The notes beneath the pieces were generated by a model. That model saw only the letters and a program-made list of their open reading frames with translations. It had not been told where the DNA came from and searched no databases. A stretch of DNA of 64,000 nt from Podarcis cretensis (taxonomy: Eukaryota), in assembly GCA_951804945.1 (NCBI GenBank), contig OX638151.1:84506001-84570000 (forward strand), in the 5' to 3' direction. The translations under genes and the position numbers were made by a program. Positions 40,491-52,453 of the stretch are shown piece after piece. The first letter of the stretch is position 1; every line of letters begins with the position of its first letter.

Positions 40491-41203
40491 TTTGAGGCAC
40501 AGCAACGGAAAGTATAGAATCAGAATTTATGACTATTGCTTCATACATTCACATTTTCCACAACCATAAGGCAATATCAGACACTGACTTGAAAAATCGC
40601 ACAGTGCAGGTGATCCTGAAAATCTCTTAATCTTGCTTATATGAACCCCTTTCCAGCTTTGCTTTGAACAGTGGGGAGGTTTTGGAGAGTTTGAATTAAC
40701 TGCAGGCAGAAATCCAGGTGTTGTGATGGTTTTTTGAACGAAACCCAAGCCCCGGACTTAATGATTTACCCATGTATGCTCCACAAAGGAAATACAGAAA
40801 CTTTAGATCAATTTATTGAGACGCTCTGAAAGGCCAACAAGAATGGCTTTTGGATCTCTTCGGCCTTGTTTCTCTAGTATTTCAGGCGGGTGGCAGTGGT
40901 GGGGAGGTTAGGCATGCAATTAAATTTCATACCTTTCAGTCAAAGGTTTCAACTTCGTATAATAACGACATTCTTTCAGGAAACACATTATTTCATGGGT
41001 AATAATATTAGAAGCCATCAAGAATGAACCATGAATGTTGCAGTAAACAGAAATATTCCCCTCGTGAGCACTGAAAATTAATGATTTCACATGCCCTGTC
41101 AAATCCAGCCACCGGTTTCGGTCAATGGCAATCGGCAACAGAATATAATGTCCTATTTTAGCTATAAATCTAAACCGAGTTTGGCAGATGTGTCCCTCAC
41201 TAC

Positions 41204-42115
41204 TAGGGAGTGGTGAATCTGCCCATTTTGGTTTTCCTCAGTTTCTCATTTTTCCAATCTGCGGGCTCGCCCATGCTTTCACTTGTTCTGTGCCTAGAAA
41301 TCATGGGCCCAAGCGGTTTCCTACTTGTCAGAGTGGTTTTCTGTTTGTTTTGCTGCTTTCACCTGGAAAACCTGTGGTTTAGTGCTAAATCGGAACAAAC
41401 AGCAACCTGTGGAAAATCCTGTTGCTGCTGGTACCTATTCAATGCTAAACCGTGAGTTTTTGGGGGGGAAGCAGTGGGCCAAAGAGAAGTGTGGATAAGC
41501 CCTTAGATTCAGTTCTCCACATTTCCGCATCAGTTGTCCATTTTTTAAAAGTCCCCATCCAAATTTAGCATTTTAATATGAACTTATTCTAACATACACA
41601 TTCTTCTGTGCAATTTGGCCTAATGTACACCTTTTTGCAAAAGCCTATTTTCACCCTAATGTAAGAGGTGTAATTCAACATTGTGCCTTTCAAGCATTCC
41701 ATCTGTGCAAGTATTTCAGCTTGCCAGCTGGAACGATTCCCCTCTCCTCCCACTGTGTGCTGCTCTGGGGGTTCACCTGACCTCTTCCAAATCAAATGGT
41801 GGTGGCGCATGGGGAGAGGAGAAAGAACACCCCATTGTACAAGCAGGCTTTGTACAGAGTTTCTTTTGACAGGGCTGGATACAATTATCCCACCCAATGT
41901 ATTTATGTAAGTCATTTTCACTAATATATGCATTATTTTTGCATCTTTAACCCCAGTATGTGCGATTTTTACACATTATTTGGCTGGAGAAGGGCTTCAG
42001 AGAAGTGTGGATTTTGAAGGGTGGCTGGGCTTCAGTTTGCCTGGTTTTTGAGAAGTGTGGGTTAGATAGATTTGCATTTCATTGTGAACTGAATTGAATT
42101 TCTATCGTTTCCCTA
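41204..42115 (-). mobile_element. Old hAT non-autonomous element (TAGGGA termini) with two nested insertions (~41263-41502, ~41665-41885)
   Basis: taggga...tcccta termini; 8-bp TSD ctcactac/ctcattac. The nested 41263-41502 piece has gggct../..agccc termini. Confidence 0.75.
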
Positions 42116-42145
42116 CTCATTACTATCCAACCCATATGTAATATC

Positions 42146-42194
42146 CTCAGAACAAAAGGGAGAAACGTGCTAAGAGGAAGGCACGTTTGACAAA
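42146..42194 (+). mobile_element. RTE-clade LINE fragment, left piece
   Basis: Encodes NKREKRAKRKARLT, which continues naturally into the piece at 45744. Confidence 0.7.
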
Positions 42195-44273
42195 GACTCT
42201 CCTCCCTGAAAGAGAGGGGAGTGGTTGTGGGCGGGAGCCTGAACACCGCCCCTAGCAAGGGGCGTAGCCCCCTGCCTCCAGCTCACCTGGCTGGCGCTCA
42301 CGCCCCCCCCGGTGGCCGTCCAACCAGGTGCCATGGGGGGGCGTGTCCAGCAGCCTTGATGCTGCAGCAGCGTCAGCCTCTCCCCGGCCTCGTTTCTCTT
42401 CGTCGTCCTGTGCGAGTCAGGAGTCATCGTAGGGAAGAGCTCAGCCACGAGGTTTGGAGTCGGGGGGGGGGGGTGTTTGTGTGTGTGGAGGCTGTCTGGT
42501 TCCTGGCTTGCCATTTTAAATTTAGGAGGCTTGCGTGCGCTTATTGCTTTACTGCTTTTAAAAAACCTACGCACCCAAGTTTGCCTTGCTGTCTTGCTGT
42601 GTCCTCTTTTCTGTGTAAAAACCTACTTTTAACCTTTTATTTTCCCCCACTCCTGGTGCTGGATTTGTTTGGGTGTTTTTAAGTGCGAATTACCTTTCTT
42701 AAGCTGCAGCTTGTTCCTTTGCCCAGCACATGGTCACTCCACCACCAGCGAGGTCTGAGTGTGAATGCCATCTTACTATCTCCCTTGTCTCCTCACTTTC
42801 CTTCCCTGGCCTCTGCCTTGGTGGCTGTGCGTTTTATTTTAATTTTTGGCCAGTGTGCTTGTATGTTTTTTCCCTTCTATTGCCCTTGCCCTATCCGATT
42901 GCCTGGCTGGTCTGGGTGACTGAGTGGGTTTGCCTTTGGGTTTGCCTTACATTTTAATTTGTTGGCCAGGGTGCTTGTACGTTTCCCCCCCTCCCTTGCC
43001 CTTGACTGTTCCTCTCTAATTTTAAGTTGTGTGTGTGTGCGCTGGCAGCGTGTGTTTGTGCCTGCCGTTTGTTGATTTATTACTCTTTTAGTGTGGGTTT
43101 GATTTACCCTGCCATCCATTGGTACCACTTAAATCGGGAGCCCCCTCTGAAATTTTAAATGATGCCGGGGCTTAGAATAGACTGTGCATTTAAACCTCAC
43201 CCCTCTTACTTTATCTGAGCCACACACCCCTTTTCGCTTGGCGTTTGGGGGAAGAAATAAGGCAGGGCTTGGGGGGGACAATTCAGGGTTTCTGACCAGG
43301 GAACCATTCCTCAGCATTGTACATTTATATGTTTAGAACCTTTGAAGGTGTACCTTTGCCTGGTTCTTGTCATTGGCTTCACTTGCCAGTACAGGGTCCC
43401 TAAAGAAAACCGCTTTTAAACAAAACAAAACAAAACAAAACAAAACAAAACAGGTTGCGGTTTATATTTCCACTTCATTTTGGCTCACTGTAAAGGACAG
43501 CTATTTTCCTTTTCTTCTAAACTTTTCCTTGCCCGGCATGTTCATTTTACCCCCTCCTCCCCCCAACTCCCCCCCAGGCTTTTCTTCTCCTCCCTTCACC
43601 CCTCCTCCCTCCCAGCACCCCCCACCCTTTCAGAGTTCCCTTTGCTTCTGGCCTGAGTCATCACAGTTACCAGACAAGTTTTTCAACTTGCTTGCCTGCA
43701 GGCTTGATTGCTCTCTGAGTGACCAGCAGTTTGTTAGGCATTGTCTTTAAGCACCTGGCAGTTCAGCAGCTCTAGTTGCATCCTCAGTTTAACTAACCAG
43801 CAGTTTGACCATTTGCAGTCTTTTGTCTGTTTAAGCACTCTCATGGAGCTGACTTTGTGGCCAAAAATTTACTTTTCTTTGTTTGGCAAAGTTTCCTTTG
43901 TTTGGTAGACATTTTCCCAGTAGTGAAATATTCCCCTTAAGAGCAACCTCACCCCTCCTTTTCAGAGGGCCATTGGTGTGGGCCTGGAATCTTGTTGATT
44001 TCCTTTTCTCTTAATTTGGCTGCAGCTTCTGGGCATTTCCTAGTAAGCAGTTATTTTCAATTCTGATTACTTGGTGTTGCTATGCACCTAGATTTGCCTA
44101 TCATTTAAAAGGGGCAACATTTAATTGTAGGCAATTATTTTCCAATTCTGTCTGACTGCAGTTGAGGTTTCTTTGTGTATGGGTCTGTTCCTTGGAGCCA
44201 GGTGCTAACAACTAGCTGAGCGCTGCTGCTTGAACTCTTGCTGGGTTGTGATTTAATAAATATAAATAAATAC
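42195..44273 (+). other. Unclassified element-like sequence: CpG-rich start, T-rich body, A-rich end
   Basis: CpG-dense 42200-42480; internal diverged duplication ttttaattt(g)ttggccag.gtgcttgta at ~42837 and ~42952; ends aataaatataaataaata. Confidence 0.45.
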
Positions 44274-44304
44274 AAGCGGTGCATTTAAGTGACGTATAGC
44301 TTAT

Positions 44305-44355
44305 TCTGTATGGGACACCGTGCATATTCCTGCATTGCAGAGGATTGAATGAGAT
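44305..44355 (+). mobile_element. Isolated 3' half of the same SINE family
   Basis: ctgtatgggacaccgtgcatattcctgcattgcagaggattgaatgagat; no recognisable tRNA head upstream. Confidence 0.65.
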
Positions 44356-45059
44356 TTTATTTACTGATTGATTTAAAAGGCTCACCGTTCTGCCGAAATG
44401 CTGGTAGAAGGACCATCTCCTTAAGTGTATTTTTCCTACATTTTCATTTGATAGCAGTTCCTGTGTCTGTTGTTCTCTGATTGTTCTATGATACCATCCC
44501 TCTAAATCACTAGGAGTTTTACCTGAGGAAGCAGCTCTATATCATTGATTGTGTGCATCTGCCTGAATTGTATATTGACTAACAGATACATAAATTAATA
44601 AGGAAGTACGTTCTGAGCATACTATTGCATGGAATTTGCACAGTGTAGTTAATTCAGCTGATGTTAAGAATTTATCTAGCCAAGCGTTAATAATCAACTC
44701 AAGGAAACATTGTTTTTGGCAGCATTTTCCTTCTGCTGGGCCTCCAGCATTACCTTTTGTTTTGCAAAGTGTTAGTTAAAGGACATTTCCCTGAGAGCGA
44801 TTTTCTTTGATTCCATTTGATTGCAGTATGGGGGCTGCGTTGCTCTGCTGTTCCTATTGTTTCATCACTACATGCTTGTGAGTTGCTCCTCAGGAGGCAG
44901 GTCTATCCACCTGACCCATTTGTTTGGTGTCAAATAAATTTATAGACATATACAAACAGAACAGTCAAGTGATGAATAATTATTTCATATCATCGTCACT
45001 TACGGTAGACAATTGATAGTATCAGTAATTAATTATACTTACAGTGGTAATTGATTGAA

Positions 45060-45360
45060 CAAATAATTGGATTAGATTCTAGTAAATAACAATAATAATA
45101 AATAATAAGAACAATAAATAAATAAATAATAGATAAATAATAATAGAATGATAATAATAATAATATTAAAATAAAACATTAAAATAAAGAATATTAATAA
45201 TAATATATAATAAAAAATAAATAAAGAGAATAAGTGGAATAGCACCACATACCAAGATTAAATTGATTAATTAAGTAAATCTAAAGATAAATATATAAAT
45301 AGACAAATAAAACTAATAAAAATAAAAATAAAATTAATAATAAATAAATGACATATATTT
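45060..45360. repeat. A-rich low-complexity tract
   Basis: Degenerate (AAT)n/(AAAT)n. Confidence 0.9.
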
Positions 45361-45367
45361 CGGAACC

Positions 45368-45493
45368 CTCAGTTGCTTAGATCATGGTGACAATAATGCC
45401 AAGGTTGCAGGTTCGATCCCTGTATGGAAAACTGCATATTCCTGCATTCCAAGGGGTTGGACTAAATGACCCATGGGGTCCCACACAATTCTA
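45368..45493 (+). mobile_element. tRNA-derived SINE with CR1-type tail (same family as 6910)
   Basis: cagttgcttagatcatgg..ggttgcaggttcgatccc..ctgcatattcctgcatt..ggggttggactaaatgacc. Confidence 0.8.
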
Positions 45494-45494
45494 G

Positions 45495-45541
45495 AGAGCC
45501 TGGATAGCTCAACTGGTTAGATCATGGGGCTGATAATGCTT
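45495..45541 (+). mobile_element. Isolated 5' half of the same SINE family
   Basis: gagcctggatagctcaactggttagatcatggggctgataatgc (A box present); similarity stops before the B box. Confidence 0.65.
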
Positions 45542-45743
45542 GGGGATCATTGTTTATTATAAGTAAAACAATCATTAATTAGTATATTTGTTCCAGAATC
45601 AATAACATGTCCCTGTACAACTGCTTGTAAGCGGTAGCTCATGTCTGTGGCAGTAGCTTTAGCATGTTATCCATGGCGCCTAAGAGGAAGCGCTCTGCAA
45701 CGGAATCAGCTCACACCTCAGGCTGCATGGCACGTTTGACAAA

Positions 45744-45963
45744 GGCACGTTTGACAAACCCTCACAAAGAAATGTGCAAAGAGGAAAGAACGTTTGGCAA
45801 ACTCTCACCATGATCAACTTCCACCTGGAAACCTATGTTCCCACTGTGGAAGGACATGTGGATCCAGAATTGGCCTCCACAGTCACCTACAGACACACTG
45901 TTAAGGTGGTGTTCATGGAAGACAATCTTACTCGGCTATGAGTGATCGCCAAAGAAGAAGAAG
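45744..45963 (+). mobile_element. RTE-clade LINE 3' end, right piece
   Basis: Encodes KRKERLANSHHDQLPPGNLCSHCGRTCGSRIGLHSHLQTHC* (C2H2-type C-terminus of RTE ORFs), followed by a short 3'UTR and a (GAA)n tail. Confidence 0.85.
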
Positions 45964-46408
45964 CTGCAGTGATAACAGATGTGCTAGGTACAAGAAGAAT
46001 GCCTTCTTTTAGGTTCAGTTTCTGATGAAGTGATATTCAGCCATGACTGACTGAAGTTCATTTATTTCAGCAGGTCACCTTTGTGTATGACTTCACCAGG
46101 GTGCTATGAGGCAACAAAGGGACAGAAGGACTTTCTGATTTAGCAAAACTGACTCAAGGGCTGTCCCAGCCCATTACACTGATGGAGAGGACATCACAAT
46201 AGTTATTTTAGAACGGGAGGACAATGTATAGACCACATTTCTGGGAACATTTCCTTTGGGTATAATTTTTATTGGAATGAATGGGATCTCTTTCCAGGTG
46301 CTTTTTTCTTTATTTTTAAAGACCTTGTATGTTAGCAAGTAAACAGTTTAATGATATGGTATTAAGTCATATGAAGATTCAAAAAGCCATCCTTTATCTT
46401 GTGGTGGT

Positions 46409-46411
<3 letters not shown>

Positions 46412-46450
<39 letters not shown>
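46412..46450. repeat. (CT)n microsatellite
   Basis: Direct reading. Confidence 0.95.
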
Positions 46451-46453
<3 letters not shown>

Positions 46454-46760
46454 TCTTTCCCCTTCTACATCTTGTTTTCATTTCCTTGCTTGCTTGTTCT
46501 AGGGATGCAGATTATTTCCCCAAAAAAACTATTTCCAAAAAGCTTTGCTGTTACTGTTTGTCCCTTTTATAACAGCCAAATGGTAAGAATGGCTTGTGAG
46601 CAGTTTTCACGTAAGTTCATGCTTGCAAAAACCATCTTAGTGGTGTATAAGCTGCTGAGATTGTATGTTCCATTCAACAAAACGATTGGTTCCTGGAATG
46701 GGAGAAGACTACTTCATATATATCTACTCAGGACCCTTTCCTTTTAGCCAACTGCAGTTC

Positions 46761-46763
<3 letters not shown>

Positions 46764-46804
<41 letters not shown>
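46764..46804. repeat. (TTA)n microsatellite
   Basis: Direct reading. Confidence 0.95.
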
Positions 46805-49800
46805 GATGGAGCTCTGAACCAGGCTTCCACCATACATCTTAGTGACTGAGGGAGTTACATTGCAGTGTGTACTAGCTAAAGCTGCTTCAGGCAGGAGATC
46901 TAAGGTACAAATGTCAGAGATAAATTAATAAAACACCCAAGCTGTCTTCAAGAACAGCCTCAAGCAAGGTACAATGTCACTATCAATCATAGCATGGGTC
47001 ACAAGGACAAGGACCCTGCTTTTCAGGAAGGCATACAATCAGTATATCAGTAACGGCGGCAGCAATGAATTGGACAAACCCGCACATAGCAGAAAACCTT
47101 GGTTACACACTGCTTCTGAATCAGGTGAAGAATAGTAAACCACACCACAAACTATCCAGAAACAGTCTTCTGCATGTTGTGTCCCTGTTTTACCTGCTGA
47201 AAAATGTTGTACTTGGAAAATTAAGGTGAACTCTAATCAGATCCACATACATTTGATTTCTTTCTTTTAAAAGAAAAAGAAAAAAAGAAATGCAATCCAC
47301 TTTTCTGCATTATTGTAATCAGGGTGGTTTGCAACCCATAGGACTGGCAAATAGCCAACCAAGGTCACATTATCATCCCATCACAACTCAAAATAAAATT
47401 CAAGAATCCATTTCAGATATAATATTATGAAATACCAGCAAAATGGCAGTCAATGGCAGTAAACAAACCCACCCCTACAAAATCCTGCTGGCACTGCAGA
47501 AAGATCAATGAAGCCACTGGTCTTGTGTGATCTGTTTAGTCACAGTGGGGTGACCAGGCCATGGTACCCAAAAGCTCTCTTCATGTTATTCGCTCCATAG
47601 ATTGAGGATCAAAATGAGTTTGAGTTAGAACTGCAGTTCTTGGTATAACAGCATCTATTTCTCGCATTTCTCAGAAACCCATTTTATTCCATTAATTGTA
47701 CAAGAGTTTCTGCATCCACAAGAGCTCATGAAGCATTTTTCTCTCTGTAGTTATCTGCCTTGCAGCCTCTATCTAATAGTGCTATACACTATTAACAATA
47801 ATTCCTTACACATCTGCAGTACTGTCTAATATTTTCACTGGAACACATTATTCCATATCAGATGTGATTCAGTGTTTCGTTCCAGTTTGAAACTAGTTTT
47901 TGTTATGAGTCTGTTTTCTAAGAGCTCGGCATGACCTTGCCAGAGGATAAAAATGCTAGGATTACCACCTTATTTCTTGGCCGTCACTGTTATGAAGTGG
48001 AAATATTTTTGTTTTTTATATATTTTTCCAAAATACTCATACCTGTTGTCCACGTATTTTATTTCTTTTGCCCTTCAAGTGTGTTTATGGACTTTGTTCA
48101 CAAGCATCTCCAGGCTTTTGTAAAAAAAAATCTACTTCTCTTCATGAAATTGGTGGCAATATCAAAAATTTATGTAGGAACTGTGATTGGCTGAAATGTG
48201 CAACATTTCTGGGTACGAAACCTTCCTTGTGTCTCCGTTTTGTTCCAAATCTTCACATCCAGCCTATATGCACTCACATCCAGCTAGAATCCATACATGT
48301 ACAAAAGATTTCTAGGCACAGATCCTAGTAATGTCAGCATTACAGTCATTTTGGGTAATCTTGGCACAGCGCCATTTTAGGCTTACCTCACACAAGATAC
48401 CACATATGGAACTCCACAGCTTACTTACCACTGTGCCAAACCTATTATAATTGTCAGATCAAAAACTGGAAGGATCCATTTTCTGAATGTACATCCAAGA
48501 TAGAAGAAGAACGCCAAGCTGAAACATGGTTTTGGATAATCTTTTTTTTAAAAGGTTTTAAGTTTTCAATTGTGTCCAATATTTAGAAAAATGAGACTTT
48601 AATTTGGCAAATCTTTATTAGATTTAAGAGTTATGTGTGCAAGAGAGCCTCCAATTCAAGATCAGGATTAGAACATGCTTTGAAAAACCTAATTGTGCTC
48701 TTCAAAAAATAAAATCTACATTTCAGTCATATGTCTTGTTCCAATCTGATTATAAATTCTTCCTAATTGGAAATCTTGTCTGTAGTTGCCATCCTACCAG
48801 TCATCATTTTACACACACTTTGAAAGTTTTCCTAGGCCTTAGTGTAATAGTTTCACAGCAGCTATTTGACAAATGCCATTTCTCTCTCATTTATGGAGTT
48901 TTTTTAAACACACTTGTGAACTGCAGTTCCCAAGTCCTCTCATCATGCTGTTCCAGAAGGGTCTCTGAAGAGAGAAGGGGCAATCAGTTAAAATCACCTG
49001 TATCCCTTTCCATTCACAGAACTTCTGTTGCATCAAAGAACCATGAATGCAAGGACACAATTGGGTACAGCTCATTGTATCATCACAGTTCAAATGACCT
49101 GGTGGACAACATTAAATAGTGGCCCTGTTTCTATAGACTGATTGGTATGAAAGAAAATTCAGATCTGCTGGAAATTTAAAAAAACACTGCTTGGGTGAAG
49201 GATGCCTGTGTTTTCCACTATATATTTGTGAAATGTTAGATCAGTAATCAACTTGTGATATATCAGTTCAAAAATAAAATAATGTTTTTATAAATGGGAT
49301 GTGCTCCTTAGCAGTATGTACCATCACAGAGAACACAGGGAGACCCATTTCCCTGTTGCTGAAAAGCTTAATGCTGACAGATCCCTGGCTAGGCTGTACT
49401 GAGTTGTTTAGACTTGTAAAATGATATTCCAGGATCTCCTTTGAAGCATAAATCTTGTTTATGCTCAGGATTGCCTTCTTTCTTCACATTCTTCCATGAG
49501 GAAATACATTGCTGTGGTACAGAAGCAAAGAAGCAAAAGAATATGGGAAAACATAACTAAAAGCAGAGACAAAAATAAAATAAATCAGTTTTTCAAAGCC
49601 ATGATTTGTGAACTTCCAGAAGGTTAAGGCACAAGGAAAGGCAGAGTAGCAGAATATGACTCTGCTTTTGCTAGAAGGTTTGGAGGCAATGCTCAAAACA
49701 TTGGCTAAAAGTCTGGAGATGGGTTTAGTGAATTAATGAATCCTCAACCCAAACTGCCCAGTTTAGCTAAAACACAACCCTCTTCTATAAGCTTGGTAGC

Positions 49801-50129
49801 TAACAGGTCCATTCCCAAAAGGAAGGAGCTACCCCCTCTCCTTTCAATGAGTTATAATTTGATCTGTTTTAGGAAATGGAATATAGCGTCAGCAATGTCT
49901 ATCTGGTCCTCTCTACATATTTATCAAAAAGATGTTACAACAGATAATGTTCTTACAGTATTTATATGCAATCCAATGGTGAAAGTTCTCTGGACAATTT
50001 ACAAGTAAAAATTAAAGCTATGAAAATGAAATATAAATGTAAAATCTAAAACAGAATAAAACCAAAGTAAATTCTGCAAGAGAGAATGATATAATTACAA
50101 AGGGCCTTGAAAACAAAAGTTCCATGATT

Positions 50130-50720
50130 GAAAAGTCCAGGAAAGTAAAAGGGTCTTCTACAATGGCATCAGCTGAACCTCTCTGGAGAGAGCTTTGCAT
50201 AAGTGTGATGTCACCACTGACAAAGCTTTCTCTTTAGCAGCCACCTGCCATGCCTCAGGTAAGAGCCTCACAAGATTATCTGAAGGTTCAAATAGGTGTA
50301 TATGGGCAGAAGCAGGAGTTTATGTTACTTGGCCCAAACTGCTTAGGGCTTTAAAGTAATATCAGCACCCAGAATTGGCACCAGAAATGGACTGGGAGCC
50401 AGTGTAGGTGGCCAACTCCTGGCATAATGATAGTATGAGTCAGTCCCAGTTAGAAATCTTGCTGCCCTACTTGAACCAGCTGAAGTTTGCACTAATCAGA
50501 ATTAGAGACGGACAACTGAAGCAAGGCGATCTCTGTCCACTTAGTGTCACAGTTAATCTAAGATGATAAAAGGTGCTCAGAGCAACAAAGACCACTTGTG
50601 TCTCCTGAGTCAGTGTTGTATCCAAGACTTAGAAATCTAATCCCTCTGGCGAATGCAGCCCCCTCCAAAACACAACTAAGCTGGGCAGCCCTGCAGCCTA
50701 CAAACAACACCTCTAATGGG
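50130..50720 (-). mobile_element. Old, degenerate L2 ORF2 fragment
   Basis: Minus strand gives LHWLPVHF..QF.VLI..KALSSLGP around 50330-50410. Boundaries approximate. Confidence 0.65.
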
Positions 50721-51613
50721 TTTGTAGCCCAAAACATCTAGAGAGAACCATGATGAGGAAGGTCAGTCCAGAGTCTACATCCTGACAGGACTGCTGTCTA
50801 CTTAAGAATGCATGGAAACAGATTTCTGATCTCTGAAATTCAGAACTTTTGGCTTGTGACCGTGGGCAATGAAACTTATGAGAACAACATGTTTGGCAAG
50901 ATTTGGATCTGGCTTCGAATATCACAAAAACGGGGCCTCTCCTGTGACACCAGAACTTCTGCTTTTCAGCTATATTTTCCATCTTGCTTGGTAAACAGCA
51001 GGCCTAAAAGTGTTCATTGATCAATTGATGTAATTAAGAAGTGAATTCAAATCAATACAGAGATGTTATTCATTAGAACTGGCCTATCTGTGTGGTCACA
51101 CAGATCTTGCCAAGTTCAGACTGGGCTCTTCAGCTTTCTACCTTGCACTTATGGGTCCATCTTTCCCCTTTCCTGCTTCTGGAAGAGTTAGCTGAGGGAT
51201 AAATCTGTGTGATATGTCTGATCCCATGCCAAAAGGTGTGGAAAATGGAAACTAGAGCTGCCATTGAATTTTGTCTGATGTGACATTTCAAAGCAGAAAT
51301 TCAAGTGAAATTTCGAAGGATTTTTTTTTAAAGGAGCAAGGAAATTAGTCAAGGGCATTCCACACCTCTGTATATGTGATCTGTAAACACCATTGGCTGG
51401 TTGGAACCAGGTAGTACTCTGAATTAGCAGCACTCAACGCACTGCAGCATGTCATTGTAATTGCCACTTGTGGCATGTTATATGCTGCTTGTATTTCAAA
51501 TATATAATCTAAATAGATGGATATTTTCTAGAGCTAGCTGTTTTTATGTCATTATTAGAGAATTTTTTGCTGGGCTGTGCTTGCTTGATTAATTGACTGA
51601 TTTAATCTGTTTG

Positions 51614-52453
51614 TGGGGACATTTGGACCTGAAAGGAGAATGAAACAAGATTTGGAATATCCTATAGGCCTTACTCTTAAGTATGGAGGTTTGGTTTGGC
51701 TGGAAGGAATGTGGATGCTGTTGGGTTGGAGCCTCCCCGAGATCTGGCTTTCAATACTAAAGACTATCAAAAAGACTGGCAGAGGGGACATGAGAGAGAT
51801 TTAAGAGCCTCGGATTTAAGATCTCCGGGTTGATGGCTTTTTGAGATTGATGGACTTATGCTGGGGACTGAAACCGGGAAGGGGGTATGGGTGGAATGGA
51901 AATTACAAAATGTATATAATATAATTTGCTTTTTTGTTTTTTTTATGAGAGTTGGGAAATTCGTGGAAGGGAATCTTTTTCTACTTTAGAGAAACGTCTC
52001 AAGAATAAGTATTGATATATAGGTTTGGATGAGAGTTAAGATTGGATAAAGTAAAAGATGTTTTCAAAAATATTGTAAAATTAAGGATTTTGTTAGAAAG
52101 ATGTTTGAAAAAGAAAATTATGTGGTTTTGGCAGAAATGACATAAAGGATTAAGTAAAAATGAATTGATGAAAGAGAGAATGTAAAATTACAGTATTTTA
52201 AAACAAATTATTAAGATAAAAACAAGGTTGGAAGGATTTGCTGAAACAACAATTTGAATTAGAATACAAAAATGGGAGGTGTGAGGAGGTCAAGGAAATA
52301 AGTAAAGGAAGAAAGTCATGTAAAGGTTTGATTTGCTTTTTTTTCTTTTTTAAATGATTGTATTTTTTCTGTCTTTTTTATTTTTCTTTTTTCTCTTTTT
52401 TCTTTTTGTAACCTTTAAAATTTTGAATAAATATTATATATATATATATAAAA
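51614..52453 (+). mobile_element. Retro-insertion with L1-like 3' region and 15-bp TSD
   Basis: TSD gatttaatctgtttg at 51599-51613 and 52454-52468; T-rich stretch, then AATAAA and a TA/A tail. Confidence 0.7.

Noticed and set aside
43180-43750. Degenerate gammaretrovirus-like gag (TPLTL, GSL and polyproline remnants)
   Set aside because: The similarity is fragmentary and spread across frames; no convincing LTR pair, PBS or capsid/pol motifs. An HMM search would be needed.
45674-45690. tggcgcc as a tRNA-Lys primer-binding site
   Set aside because: Only the first 7 nt match, and there is no adjacent LTR end.
48637-49119. 160-aa ORF
   Set aside because: No recognisable domain, non-ATG start, composition typical of AT-rich non-coding DNA.
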